A stretch of 64,000 nucleotides of DNA from Euglena gracilis (lineage: Eukaryota): assembly GCA_039621445.1 (NCBI GenBank), contig CP154954.1:10249521-10313520 (forward strand), written 5' to 3'. A program made the position numbers and the translations under genes. The notes under the pieces are model-generated. The model had not been told where the DNA came from. It was given only the letters and a program-made list of their open reading frames with translations, and ran no database searches. Below are positions 22,272 to 61,307 of this stretch, one piece after another (position 1 is the first letter of the stretch; every line of letters starts with the position of its first letter).

Positions 22272-25200
22272 TGCGCGTGCGTGTGTGTGTGGGTGCGTGT
22301 GTGTGTGCGTGTGTGTGTGTGTGTGTGTGTTTTGTTTGCTCCATCTCAGCAGCACATATGCACGTGAATGTGTTTGTGGGGGGAGATCTGCAAGTTTTTC
22401 AAATTTCCACAATCTTTCTTCACCTTTTGCTTTGTCCCCTTCATTTCTCTTCCACCGCATTGGCTTGAGAAGTTGCAATCAGTTATATTCATTAATTGCT
22501 GAGCTCTTCAGTGGAAGGTTCTGTGTATATTTTGCTGATAGATTTGTTTAACCAATGAAAGGTATTTCTATAATGAAATTCTTCCTTCAGTGCCATTGCT
22601 TCCCGCCACATTTGGAGTAAAGCCCAAAACCAATGTCAATTTTCCCAATCTTCCCCCAATTTTCACATTTTTGACAGCCTCCAACAACAGTCCCCCCTTC
22701 CTGAATTTTTTTGCCCAAACAAGAGCAAAGAAGCAGCCCCATGCGAAATTGTCGCCATCAGGTCTTGGCATAAGGGTTCGCAATTGTAGATTCATTTTAA
22801 AGCCTCCCCTGGGGGTGTTTCCAAGAGTGGGTGGGTGTGTTGGGGTCCCAGGAAAAAAGTGCCCCCCGGGAAACGACTAAGTGAATCTATGAAGACGTCG
22901 GTGAAAAGACGTTGGTGGTCAAGACGTCGGTGAGAAGACGTCGGTGAGAAGACGTCAGTGACAAGATGTCGGTGACAAGGCGTCGGTGACAGCCCATCAC
23001 TGGAAACTGATAGTTATTTTTTTTGGAAAATATCAGCATACCTTGGGGCTTTTGATTTGTCAAGATGATATCACCCAGGTCTCAAAACAACTTGTGTGGG
23101 TGACATTGCGTCAGGTTGCTCGTGAGCTCTCCCCATGGTCGCCAAATCGGCAAATGCCTTGTCCACAATCCTCCTTGGCATTGGGGGGTGGGGGGGGCTG
23201 GTTTTAGTTCCTGAATGGAAGATCTGCGAGGATGGCCGAGGCGGGACCTCGCTCCTTCGGATTTCACAGCTCACAGCTGGCTGCATTCTGCATTCCGGTC
23301 TCTGCCCAGGTCTCTAACTGCAGAGACGGCTGCAAAGCTTGGGACCAGGCTGCTTTGCTGAAGGCCAGGGGGGAACGTCCTCTGCCTTTCGTAGGCATAG
23401 GGGGTTGGCGTCCATGGGCTCGGCGCTGACGGGGTCCAGATCTCAACAGAGAGATGCATGGCCAACCAACTTGTCCATGTCCCCAGCTGGGTTTCTTCAA
23501 CGGAGAATTCTGTCGGGCACGGCTTGTTTCAGGGTGGACTGCAGCATCCCTGATATCTGCTGTCGGCACCCAGGGTCCCAAACAACTCGGAGTGCCTCTT
23601 TTGTGCCGCCATTCCCTTTCAGATTCCTCTGTTTTTTAAAGTTTTAAAGTTTTTTCTTAAATTATTATTTAAATTGGTTTTCAATTTATTATTATTATTT
23701 GAATAAATTTGAAATATTATTAAATTTATTAAATTATTATTTTTCTGTTTTTTATTAAAGTTTAAATTTGCATTTTTTTCCATTTTGTGTCATCCTCAAA
23801 GTGGCAGAAAACATTAGCACATTCCAGATTTCGGACAAAAGAACAAAAGCGTGGAACCCTGGGTCGGTTTCAACAAGAAGGCTGGGTGCCCCCCCCCCCG
23901 GGGACAACAGGAAATCCGCCTGGAGGCAGTCGGCTTCCGCCACTCCCCGCTGGCTGTGGCCGCCGACGCACACGTCGTGACGCTGCACGTCGCTGCCGGC
24001 CAGGGCCCTGGCCTCGAAGGAGTCCCCCCCCACCAAGACTCATTTCTCTCAGAGCTGCAGACCGCTTGAGGTGATGACTTTTTCCCACGTTTTGCATTTG
24101 CATTTTTGTTTGCATTTGCAGACTGTGTGAAACAGGTTGGAATGTCGTCGAAACCCCCGATGAACAAAATCATATTTCGGTAAATATTGCTAACTGCAAC
24201 CTCATTGGAAGTAACAACAATGGTTTTCAATTGTACCAGTCTCTCCACCGCTGTCCTCTGTGCCCGCTCACCTATATTTTAGTATGGTTCTGTACCGGCT
24301 GATTTTGTTTCCAATTTTTTCACAATTTTTTTTTATCAGTTGTTTCGTTGAAAAAGACGAAAATCTCATTGAATTTTTTTGGATTATATTTTCCTCCTCG
24401 ATTGGGGACCCCCTTTTTATATGGCTTTTTTCGAGGGAAATTTGCCTGGACACCCTGGGCTGTTAAATTGGTGGGCACCCCTCGGGGGGAGTAGGGGAGT
24501 GAAGGCTGCAAACTTATTTTGAAAAAAAATTAATTAATGGTAATTTAAAAATTAATAAAATCCATTGGAAATACAAAACAACACAAAGGTAATTTCAAAC
24601 CAATTCGTAAATTTAAACTCTTTTCGTCGATAAACCTGTGGATGGCGACATGCTCATTACCTTGGTTGTCGACAGGTCCCTACGAGGAACGCAATACGGC
24701 GCATTTCTCGTCCACAGGGGAAAAAATAAACATGTCTTCAATCCCTCATCATTGGCACGGAAATTCGAAGTTTTTGTGAAATTTTTGTGGCTTCAGCCCC
24801 CCCCCCCCCAATCTCGAAATCCGACCAGGGGCCGAAAGATTGCTTATTTTCAACCCCCAGGGGGGAGAGGCCCCCACCCACCCACCCACCCTGGGTGGGG
24901 TGGCGGGCTGGGGAGGGGGAATCGGGGCGGTCTGACAGCAAGACAAGGCAAGGAAGGTCGACCGGGGGGTGGGGGGGGGGGGGGTAATTGAAGCGCGAGG
25001 CGAAGGGTGATCGGACCGCCCCTCCAACTGCCAGAATGGGGTTGGAGGTTGTCGACAGCCACCACCCGGGGTTTCTGGGACTGCTCAGTCCCGCTCAGTC
25101 AAACTTAGGAATCGGGGCGACACGTCAATCAGGGATAAATTCAGCCTATATTTGAACCTAAATCCTTGCCCCAACCCAACCGTTCTTACCCCCCCCACCC

Positions 25201-25293
25201 GTGGTTTTGTCTGATACGGGGGGGGGGGGGGGGGGGGGGTTCAGCCGGCCAAAATTGGCTGAAAGTTGCCCCTCGGTGCCTCAGGCGCCGGAG

Positions 25294-25325
<32 letters not shown>

Positions 25326-28024
25326 CGCCAAAGTCCATCGATTTGCAGCTTTTCACGCTCACGGCTCCGGGTAGGCCGCTGGGCAGCCAACCGGGTTGGC
25401 CGCCGTCGCGGAGGCCGTGCGGGCCGGGCTGTGCCGCCCAACACGGAGACGGCGGGGCTGGCGGGCTGGGACTTCTTCCGGGCGTTGCGGCCTGGGGCCC
25501 TCTTCCTGAACACGACGCTGGTCTCCTTTGTGGACGAGGAAGCCCTGCTTTGGTCCCTGCGGGAGAAGGGCATCCGAGCCGGTCTCCGTCTTCTTACGTT
25601 GTGGATTTTTCGGGCCAAAAATTATTTATATTTTTTTAATTAAATTTCTTTTTTATTTTTTAATAATACAGGTATTTTAATTCGATCCCGTACATGCATC
25701 CACACAAAGGGGCCCAGCGAAGACGAGTGGACCCGGAAGAATTTTGGTACAAAGCGCCGAATTTTTTTTTGGAAAAATGGCCATTTTTGGTATTTTTTTG
25801 TGGGTTCACCTCAAAATTTTGGCCCAAAAAAAGGACAACTGAACTGTATTTGGGTTTTTTGCCTGTTTTCGGGTCCCACCCAGGTCCAGACTGGCAGCCG
25901 GGTTCGATTCTTTCTGGACCCCCACCCCCTTGGGGGGGAGCTTTTTCCAACTTAAAAAAATTACCTGACTGGCATACCAAAATTGTAGATGGCCAAATAT
26001 CCCAAAGTGTGTGTGTGGGCGGGTGGGTGGGTGGGTGTAGGTGTGGGTGTGGATGTGGGTGTTTGGGTGTGTGGGTGTGGGTGTGCGCATGTGCATGTGT
26101 GTGTGTGTGTGTGTGTGTGTGTGGTTGTGTGTGTGTTGTGTGTGTGCGTGTGGTTGGGTGGGCATTGGTGTGTGTGTGAGCCAGTCAGACATTGCACCTT
26201 CAGGAAATCTCCAGGATGCGGCCCTCAATAGCAGCCTCTTGAAGACCAGTCGGGACTGGGAGAGCTGTGGCCTGGGGTCCAAAGCGCTGTCCCCCTCTCG
26301 ATGGACATTGTTGGGACTTTTTGAGTGGTGCTTTGTGCAGTTGCACGCAAAGGAACCACTCAAATAGTTCATTTGCGCAAAGGTCCAAAGTCAATCTTTT
26401 TTTGAAGCCTTAACAGTGGGTATTTCTGAGACTACCCCCCCCCCCCCTGTCGTTCGACCACCCCTCATTTACGACCACCCCCCCCCAGTCGCAGGTTGCA
26501 GGTCGCAGGTCATGGGGGTGTTATGACCATCCCTCCCGGTCACAGGTTGCAGGTTGCGAAAAATTTAAGACCATTTTACCTACGACCACCCCCCCCGGTC
26601 ACAGGTTGCAGGTCATGGGGGTGTTACGACCCCCCCCCCCACCTGGTCACAGGTTGGAGGAACCCGGTCGGACGACAAGGGGGGGCGGGTAACACAGCGT
26701 CAACTAAGTCGACGTGTTTGTGAAGAGCATCTGAGATTCAAACAATTTCAAACAGCGTCTCAGGGTGTTGCAAACCCCCCCGCTGGCGCAGGGCTGGACG
26801 TGTTCCAGGGCGAGCCTGCCGGTGGGGCCGGGGAGTTCCGCTCCGCCCTCGCAGAGCACCCCAACGTGTACATCACCCACCACATCGGGGCCGCCACTGA
26901 GCAGGCCCAGGGTGTGTGGGTGCTGGTGGATTGGGGTTGTGTGTCTATCAAGGTGGGTGGTTGTGTGTTGTGCATTTTGCGCATTGTGTGTTCTTTATGT
27001 GTTGTATGTGTGTGTGTGTGTGTTGTGTGTTGTGTGTTGTGTGTTGTGTGTGTGTGTGTGTGCGCGCGCGCGTGTGTGTGTGTGTGCGTTTGCATGTGCA
27101 GTGCGTGTGTTGTGTGGGTGCGTGGGTGTGTAGATGTGGTGTGTGTTTGTGTCCAGTTTTATGTCATTTTCAAAGTGAGTTCTCTTGGTTGTGCGCAGCA
27201 GGATTGTGTGGGTGTTTTGTGGCATTCCGCGACTGGTGTTTATTTGTGTCGCAATGCAGTAGACGATCCCCCAGACTGCACAGGGTCAAAATCCATTGAA
27301 ATGCCTATGAGACGCAACCCGGGAAATTGTTGGGGTTCTTGCAATTGTCCGGCCTGCTAACAAGTCGTCCGGGTGCAACGCTGGTGGGCCTGTGTGGTGA
27401 CAGCAAAGATGGATGTGTTTCGCATATTTCCGCATTTTTGCGTTTTTTTGTGCAAAAAAAATTCAATTTTTTCAAACACATTTTTTTTTTGCTTTTGGAA
27501 ACACATTTTTTCGTGATTGTTACAATTTTTTTCGCTTTTTTTTACCACTTTTGCAATTTTTTGCAAATTTTAAAGAATTTTGAAACTGAAATTTTCCTCA
27601 TGATTCCATGCAATGTAAATTGGTTAAAATTTTTTAAAAAAATTTAATTGGTCAAAAAATTTTTAAAAATTTTTGTTTGGTTAAAATTAAAATACAATTA
27701 TTGTATATTGGTTTTACGTACGTTTTCATATAATTTTTGCACATTTTCTCTCAAAATTTGGAGCATTTTGCGCATTTTTTTTCTTCAAAAAGTACGCATT
27801 CTTGTGCATTTTTTTGTGCATTTCTGCGCATTTTTGCACACTTTTGTACAATGTTTTCGAGGCCAGGCGAGTGCATGGTCGCGTCGGGGGTGGTAGCCTA
27901 CGTGAGGGGTGCCGCATCGCTCTCTCGCATCGCGCCTCTGTCAGACGCCACGGCGCTGGAGGCTGTGCGGGTCATCAAGGCGTTCGTGGAGGACAGCGTG
28001 GTGCTGAATGCTGTGGTGCCGTGA
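16980..28024 (+). CDS. PHGDH: D-3-phosphoglycerate dehydrogenase-like enzyme (D-isomer-specific 2-hydroxyacid dehydrogenase), at least 12 exons, one of them inverted
   Basis: Exons 16980-17118, 17613-17685, 18491-18574, 19352-19396, 19994-20071, [21124-21187 on - strand], 22183-22212, 23310-23342, 23928-23997, 25440-25581, 26792-26911 and 27945-28024 join in frame. Product: ...[166 protein letters not shown]...LDVFQGEP...[32 protein letters not shown]...*. Family motifs [11 protein letters not shown]-x-x-AVAE, GxGxIA, LDVF-x-x-EP and HIGA are present. Start codon not fixed. Confidence 0.9.
18737..19029. mobile_element. TA-flanked MITE with poly-C/poly-G termini
   Basis: TA|CCCCCCCCCCGAAAAACTGTCA...TGACAGTTTCCCGGGGG(G)n|TA with internal CCCTGACA repeats. 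Partial relatives occur at ~1845, ~2600-2697 and ~51213. Confidence 0.75.
19400..19988. mobile_element. hAT-like MITE that constitutes nonconventional intron 19397-19993 of the dehydrogenase gene
   Basis: TIR CAGGGTT / AACCCTG with a perfect 8-bp TSD CCGCCGGA at 19392-19399 and 19989-19996. Removing the element plus one TSD copy restores GAC CGC CGG ATC (DRRI). Confidence 0.9.
19445..19806. mobile_element. hAT-like MITE nested inside the intron-MITE
   Basis: TIR CAGGCATTTTTAGGGCG / CGCCTTAAAAAAAATGCCTG with a perfect 8-bp TSD GTCTGGAC (19437-19444, 19807-19814). Confidence 0.9.
20469..20891. mobile_element. TA-flanked MITE with poly-C/poly-G termini
   Basis: TA|(C)nGGGCAATTG...CAATTGCCGGGGGGGCGGCGGG|TA with internal GGCAATTGACGCCCCC direct repeats. 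Confidence 0.7.
21124..21187 (-). CDS. Inverted 64-nt exon of the dehydrogenase gene (Rossmann NAD-binding motif)
   Basis: The minus strand reads cgcag|GG CGC ACG CTG GGA GTG ATT GGA AGT GGA AAC ATC GCC CAA GCC GTG ATC CGC ATC GCG CTT GG|agg-cagggttt, i.e. (G)[20 protein letters not shown](G). Both phases match the flanking + strand exons. Confidence 0.9.
21520..21700 (-). mobile_element. Remnant of an RLE-type (CRE/SLACS/R2-like) non-LTR retrotransposon C-terminus
   Basis: With frameshifts the minus strand reads [47 protein letters not shown]...QPRDIL. This matches a CCHC zinc knuckle, an RH motif and a P-x-D-I endonuclease-like motif. Confidence 0.6.
22891..22990. repeat. About 14-bp tandem repeat (AAGACGTCGGTGA)
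   Basis: About seven degenerate units. Confidence 0.8.
23343..23927 (+). other. Nonconventional intron
   Basis: CTT GG|gac-CAGGC...GCCTG-gaggc|A GTC. Register N3/N5|R; the join restores KLG-VGF. Confidence 0.8.
23998..25439 (+). other. Nonconventional intron
   Basis: GCT GCC|ggc-CAGGGCCCTGGCC...GGGCCGGGCTGTG-ccgccc|AAC. The arms pair with one mismatch and one bulge; the join restores the family-like HVAANTET. Confidence 0.65.
26435..26689. mobile_element. TA-flanked MITE with poly-C/poly-G termini
   Basis: TA|(C)nTGTCGTTCGACC...GGTCGGACGACAAGGGGGGGCGGG|TA with internal GTCACAGGTTGCAGG repeats. Confidence 0.75.
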
Positions 28025-28378
28025 GCGGAGCCCCCTCGCAACTCGCTGTGACGTCGCTCATGGAATGGGTGGGTGCGTGGCAGCCGTGGCTGTTCGAATC
28101 GCATCACTGGCAGTCTGAAGGCTGTCTCCCCTCCCCCGCACACGAATTTTATTTGTTTGTTCGAGGTCTTTTGCTGTATGCGACTGACCCTGTGCATCGT
28201 TTGTGTTGCTGCGACCTTTGTTACTACAGAAGGAAAGCGCAATAGGGAACACGGAGATTTAATGAATTTCATTTTGGCAATATTTCAAAGAGGTCGTTTC
28301 TTTGTCACACACAGATATTTTTTTTTATTTAGGTTGTAGAACGGGTGTGGCGGATCGACGATCTGAGCGGAATCTCTC

Positions 28379-35958
<7,580 letters not shown>

Positions 35959-37603
35959 AGGGGAGGAAGTCCTCCTGCCACTTGCCCACCAGCTCCTCCC
36001 TTTGCGTCTGGCACTCACCCAAACACCGATGCCCCCCGTCCCGCATTCGGCAGCGATCCATAAGCTGCCTTTGTCTCTGACCCTCCGTAACCCTCTTCAA
36101 ATGGCTAATTGCACACAGACATGGATAACGCACCATTTGATACACAGGCAGCCACACACAAGCACATGGCATACAAAAACGTCGACATGCGACACACACG
36201 CGCGCACGCACACGCACACACACCACACAGATAGGTGCACCCACCCACCCACCCACAAACATCAAAACGTCAATCCACTCATCTCACCTGTTTTTACAAC
36301 TCCCTGCACCGTTCTTAGGGACCTTTGCCAGCATGCTTCCATGCCGTGTTGCTGCCATCCCCTCCCTGTGATGTGGTATTGCTAAATTTTTTATTCCAAT
36401 GCATCGGAATACATATTAATCACATATTAATTGGGAGCGTTCCTCCCTGCTTTTCCCTACCTTTTTTTTTCCTCTACCTTAACTCCTCAATTTTTTTCCG
36501 TAGAGGAAAGAACAGGAATACCAGTTTACCACAATAAAAAAATATGCTATACGCAATCATTGGTCGTTCTTCGTTTTGCTTCTTTGAACTCCTCAGTGGA
36601 AATTCCCCTTGAAAGTTTAATTTTGTCAATGGACATAGTATGCCCCAAAGACCCCAAGCTGAAAAGAAGAACCCTCTCAGCAAAGAAGAACCCCTGGCCC
36701 TGAGAGAAAATCTGAAGACTGAAAGCCAAGCTTCTTTTTGAGTGGTTTTAGACCATTTCTGAGAGCGCACCTGGGGGCGATTGGCTGTCGGAGCGACTGA
36801 TGGGATTTTGTGTGCCGAGACTTGCCCTCATCAACCCCATAGTTTTTGTTTTTTTAGGCACTGGCTGGAAAAATTCTTCTTGAATGTACTGACTGGTTCA
36901 TCCAGAGTGATCCCCGTCCACAGGTGGCTTTCAGCCTTCACTTGCGATTTTACCCCGTCCCCATTTTCAGGCTTTTTGGCTTGTTTTGTTTTGCATATGG
37001 CCCACCAAAATTTGTACCTTGCCATTTGGCCCCCAAAGTTGGCACCCCGGCTTTAGCTTCGAATGTGGCCACATAAATTTCAATGAAATCAATTTAAATA
37101 TTGTTTTAGCCCAACCCAGTGGAAAAAAAAAATCAGAATCCCAAAGATGATTCTGGGGGGTGCTGATTGGTCTACGAAATCCAAAGGACCGCTTTTCGGA
37201 AATGGTATCCTGGATGGTCGGATGGTTGGCTTGATGGTTGCCACTTCACCGCCTTGTGGTCATGAAACACATGCTACATTATTGCCGGCCAGCCGGGCCA
37301 GTTTTCAGCCATGGATTCCAGACCAGAACCCACAAAGTTAGATCCGGTTCTCATTGGGGAGGGGGGTGCTCTTTTCATGATTATCATCATTTAAGAATAA
37401 GTAAACAAAAGACGTTCTGCAGTGTGGTTTCATTTTCTTGAACCCAAGTGCCCAGCCGGCATGGTCTGTCCAAACAAACATCTGTTGAAGGCTTTGTTTT
37501 GATTTGGAAGCCCCCCCCTCTCTGGGGGCCTTAAAAAGAAGCCTGATCCCTTGCCGATGCTGTTGATGCTGCTGGAAAGCCGCCGTCCTCTACAGTCTAA
37601 ATC

Positions 37604-38289
37604 ATGGCTGAGGAGGAGGAATGGAAACAAATGTGGTACGTCTTTGCCCATGGCCCAGTGCAATGTGGAGAGAGCCAATGCATAGAGAAAGTGCATGTGT
37701 AGCTGCGTAACATATTTACGGACGCTGGAGGGCAGCGCGTTTGCATCCACATGCTTTCATCCATATCGCAAATCCGTGCATTTACGACAAATGTGCATCT
37801 GCTCACTGCCATTCACTACCATTTCCCCTGATTTACTGCATTTATTTTCCGTTTGCACCAACCACTGCATCCATTCATGTGGCATGGCCATATGGCGCAC
37901 ACACGCGGTTGAAGAGTTCATTCACCATTCCACGGATTGGGTGTATACCAGCTGCGTGCACCATGCTGCACGTGCGCACGGTGCACGCGTGCAGCATGCG
38001 TCAAACCGCACGCATGCAATATGGCGCGTGCGTGTGCCAGATACACTGTGGTCACGGCCTGTCACGCCCCATCCTGGCGAAGGAAGCAAGCAGAATGGGG
38101 AGGGGGACGATTTTGCCGGGCCGTGCGGGCGACAGCCAGAAGGAGGACAAGGTGGCCAAGGCTGACTTCGTCCATATTGTGCGCTCTTTGGAACCGCGGT
38201 TGTGCCGGATGGGTGGGTGGGCGGGTGTTGTGTGTGTTTGTGTTGCGTGTGTGGGTGTGTGTCTGTGTGTCTGTGTGTCTGTGTGTTTG

Positions 38290-38330
<41 letters not shown>

Positions 38331-41156
38331 TGCGTTGCGTTGCGTTGTGTTGTGTTGCGTTGCGTTGTGTTGTGTTGTGTTGTGTTGTGTTGTGTTGGGT
38401 AGGTGGGTGGGTGGGTGGAGGGCAGGCGGTCTCTTAAGCTGGAGGGGATCATACCCTCACCCCCCTCCTGGGAGCTCCAGTCCACCAGGGCCCTTTTTTA
38501 CCAGCCAGCCGCTCCAGCACCTGGCTGGAAGCAGCTGCTGCTTGGCCTGCCTTTCCCCCACCATACATCTCTCTAAGGTTTTGCGAACCCCCCCGGGGGG
38601 GGCGGCTGCAGCCAGCCCCGATTTGGCCCAGCCCAGCCGCAGCAGCACCCCCTCGGGGGGGGGGGTGCTGCTAGCCCAGCTAGCCAGCCCCTTTTTGGGG
38701 GGTCCAGCCCAAAATTTTTCGGCGCAAAGCGCCGAAATTTTTGAAAAACTGTGTTCAAAAGTGGCCAAAAATGGGGTTTGGGGGGCGTTTGGGGCATTTT
38801 TGGGGGGTTTCAGATGCATCATTTTTTCAAAACTGTGTTTTGCAGGTCATTTTTGGGCATTTTTCCGATTTCAGTCCAGCTCGCCCCGGTTCGGGTCCAG
38901 CCGGGGTCCAGCCCCCCCCCCCCCCCGGGGGGAGCTAGCCAGCTCAAATTTCTAGCCAGCCCAAATTTCTAGCCCTAGCCCAGCAACCCCCCCCGGGGTC
39001 CTTAAAGAGATGTATGTCCCCCACGTCTTTATTTCAATGGACCCTCCCCCACCGGGTCCGTTGCAGCCAGGCTGAGCCAAGAAAAGTGTTTGTCCCGGAA
39101 TTTTGTTTGAAAAAGAACGGTCGTGTTGCCAAAAAAAAGTATTTTCCAGGTTCTTAATTGAGAAATCAAAGTTTGTTTTAAAATGTGAATTGGAGTACCA
39201 TTTTCAGGTATCATCTGGGTCCGGCTGACATCTGAACCCCCCGCCCGGGGGGGGGGGGGTCCAGCTCCTTTTTTCGGATCTCAGCACACCCACAGTTCCA
39301 TGTTCATCATCCGGGTTAGAAAGAGGCACCCCCTTCGGGAAGGGGTCCGGCGAACGCGTAATTTCGGGCCCACCAAAAAGCCGTACGTCGCCGCGGCGCC
39401 CGTCGCGACAGCGGCCACGGAAGGGTCGGCCCGGCCGCGCGGGCGACGCAAGTACTCCGAGCAGGAGCTGCGGGGGCGGCTGGCGGCGCTGCCGGACCCC
39501 GTGCCGCTGGCCGACTTCCTGGCGTTCATGCGGGAGCCGTACACGCCGCCCACGCAGGCCGAGCTGTGGGAGGCGCTGGACTTCCTGGGCGGCCGGAGTG
39601 GGTCTGCCCCACAGCCACAGTGTGGGGGGGGGGGGGGCTCAGACACCGGGGATGAGGCCACACCCCGCACGGCGATCCTTTCCGGAACCTGGTCGCCCAC
39701 AATTTCTTTTTTCTTTCAAAAATGTCTCCTGCCAAAAGAATAAGAAGAAGAATGGCGAGAAAATTCACCATTGGGCAAGATCTCTGGTGGAAACGGTTTG
39801 TGCAACAATGGGATATCAGACGAAACACAGAAGTCAACAGAATGTTTGTGTTTTGTGCAAATGAAAATGCACCAGGAAATTTGCTGTGGCTTTGAGCATG
39901 TGTTTATGTATGCGTGGATGTGCGCATGCACAGGGAAGTGTAGTTAAGCAACCAGAACGCAAAACCCAACAAGGAAACAACGTTCCTAGTGTGCAGCCAT
40001 TTCCTCGATCGCTCAAGAAAATATAAGGCTGGGATGAACTACCACATTATCACTAGGAGAGAGATGAGCTTCCTCGTTGGTATTTTTGTTGGGTTTGATC
40101 AGATCTTTTTCCAGAGTTCAAATGCAGGAAATCTAACTTCTTCAGGCTACCTTATCCGGAGGCCACAAACATTTCCAACCTCTCCAACCAATTTCTCCGA
40201 ACAGTGGTGCGCCACCTAAGGAAAGGCCCAGCAGACCCCCTGTCTCCATGCTTTTAATATTAAAACTTACATCTGTTTTTGCAGGTCTACCCTTTACACG
40301 GATTTAAAGGTGTGCATTTCAAGGTTGTGCAATTTCAAACTGGACATTTTTTTACCCCGCCCCCCCCCCCCCACGCGACACAGGTACATCCGCCAGTCGG
40401 AGCTGCTCACGTACCTGACTGGCCTGGGGGAGCCGATGTCGCGGGAGGAGGCGCAGCACGTGCTGAACAACGTCAAGGTGGACGACGACGGCCGCATCAG
40501 CGTCGACGAGCTGTGCAAGTGTGCCGGCCGTGTTCGCTTTGACGACGCGTTCCCGCCCCAAGCGCGTTGAGTCGCCGGCCGCTTTCTCGTTGTTGTGGAG
40601 TGGCACGGAGAGGGTGACCATCCTGTGGGCTGTTTCCGGACCATACGTTTCACAATTGGGGGGGGGGGTACCCCCAGGTTCGGGATGGGTTGGGGATAAG
40701 GTTAGGGGTAGGGTTGGTATAAGGTTAGGGGTGGGTTCAGGTTTCGAAAATGGCTCCAAGATCCATTGATTTTCTCTTGAGATGTTCCGCTCGGAAAACA
40801 GTCAAGCCCTACTGTCAGCCAACGTGCCACTTCGGGAAGTTGCCAGGTCCCCAAACTGGCTGGAACTGTGGGGGGGGGGGGCTGCTTTTTTTCCATTCAA
40901 CTGAATGGGCACACCAGCAGGGTGTTTCTGAACGTTTCTGTGTCCTGGATGAGAGGGGGGTCGGGTGACGGTAATCCCTAATGCAATCCAGCCATCCCCA
41001 TCCCACCACAGCACTGCCACACAATCCCAAATGCATGGTTTCCCATTTCCACCCCCCCCCAAATTCCTAATTCGCAGGTACCTTTGGACACCGGTGCCGT
41101 CGATGATGCCGCAAATCGTGGAGCTGCAGAACCAGCTGGCCGCGGCCAAAACCTAG
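37604..41156 (+). CDS. Calmodulin/myosin-light-chain-like EF-hand protein
   Basis: Exons 37604-~37647 (MAEEEEWKQMW...), 38136-~38188 (QKEDKVAKADFVHIVRSL), ~39447-39601 (KYSEQELRGRLAALPDPVPLADFLAFMREPYTPPTQAELWEALDFLGGRSG), 40384-40518 (YIRQSELLTYLTGLGEPMSREEAQHVLNNVKVDDDGRISVDELCK) and 41078-41156 (YLWTPVPSMMPQIVELQNQLAAAKT*). GYI..SEL...LT.LGE.MS.EE and DDDGRISVDE are calmodulin-fold hallmarks. Confidence 0.85.
38562..39016. mobile_element. hAT-like MITE, family C, copy 1
   Basis: TIR CATACATCTCTCTAAGG / CCTTAAAGAGATGTATG with a perfect 8-bp TSD TCCCCCAC (38554-38561, 39017-39024). Confidence 0.9.
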
Positions 41157-41379
41157 CCGCCGTACCCAGCCGCAGGGAAGCTAACAGCCGCCCCTGGAGG
41201 CTCGGTTCTCAGTCTTCCAAATGAGCTTTTGGTGCAGCGTTCAGTACCCCTGGTCAACACCAGACCGTGTTTGTTTCGGTCCTTTTTGGGGGTCAAAAAA
41301 TTGATTTTCAGAATTTTCTCGAACGCGGCGGGGAGTCAAAGGAAATGTCCACAGACCTAAATTGAAGCCCTTAAAATGC

Positions 41380-41460
41380 CCTATCTGACAGTATTTTGAT
41401 TTCCCCGCAACTCCCCGCCTTGCCCGAGTTACGGCCATTTTTCGGCCAATTTTGGCCATT
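41380..41460. repeat. Dispersed repeat, also present at ~49932-50010
   Basis: Shared cagtattttgatttccccgcaactccccg...gcccgagttacggccatttttcggccaattttgg. Confidence 0.75.
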
Positions 41461-42103
41461 TCCCCTCTTCGGCGTTTTGGCCCAACAGCTCCCCTGCGAC
41501 CAGGTTGATCGCCCAGCTCTTCCCTTCTCCCCCCATTATGACTCCCACTGATGTGTGAGGTGCGATTAATTGTGCTGCCAACTCCACTACTGCCCCAGCG
41601 ACCGATTTGCCCCTGGGCGCCCTCTGGCACCCATCGCACAAAGCATTGCCCAGTCCTGATTTGGTTTCCGTGTGCACAAAAGCTCTTCATTCCAAAAGTA
41701 CAATTTTGTCTCCCGTCATGCCCCACGATTTTCATAAATTTCAGTCACCATAGGAGTTGGATGTTCCGAGGGCCTTTTAGATAGACATTCCACTTCATTC
41801 ACATTGCCCCATATTTAAGCGCATGATTTGCATATCTATCGCACATTCCCGCATATTTTAGCAATTTTTTTTGCATATTTTAGCACTTTTTTTGCATATT
41901 TTAGCACTTTTTTTGCACATTTTTAGCACATTTTTTTTGCATATTTTAGCTCATTTTAGCACATTTTTTTTTGCAAATTTTAGTGCACGTTCCCGCATAC
42001 TTGGGGGGGGTATTATTAAACACATATCCCCCCCCTGCATTGTTTGCAGCAGTCTTCCCCGGACGTTTGCCGATGCGCCACTGACGGGGCCGCCCTGGCT
42101 GCT

Positions 42104-61307
<19,204 letters not shown>

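Noticed and set aside
23070-23580. Minus-strand peptide [10 protein letters not shown] resembling a non-LTR reverse transcriptase thumb motif
   Set aside because: It is the antisense of the real dehydrogenase micro-exon 23310-23342 ([11 protein letters not shown]) and its intron arm.
40695-40735. TTAGGG-like telomeric repeat
   Set aside because: Only two scattered degenerate units are present, not a tandem array.
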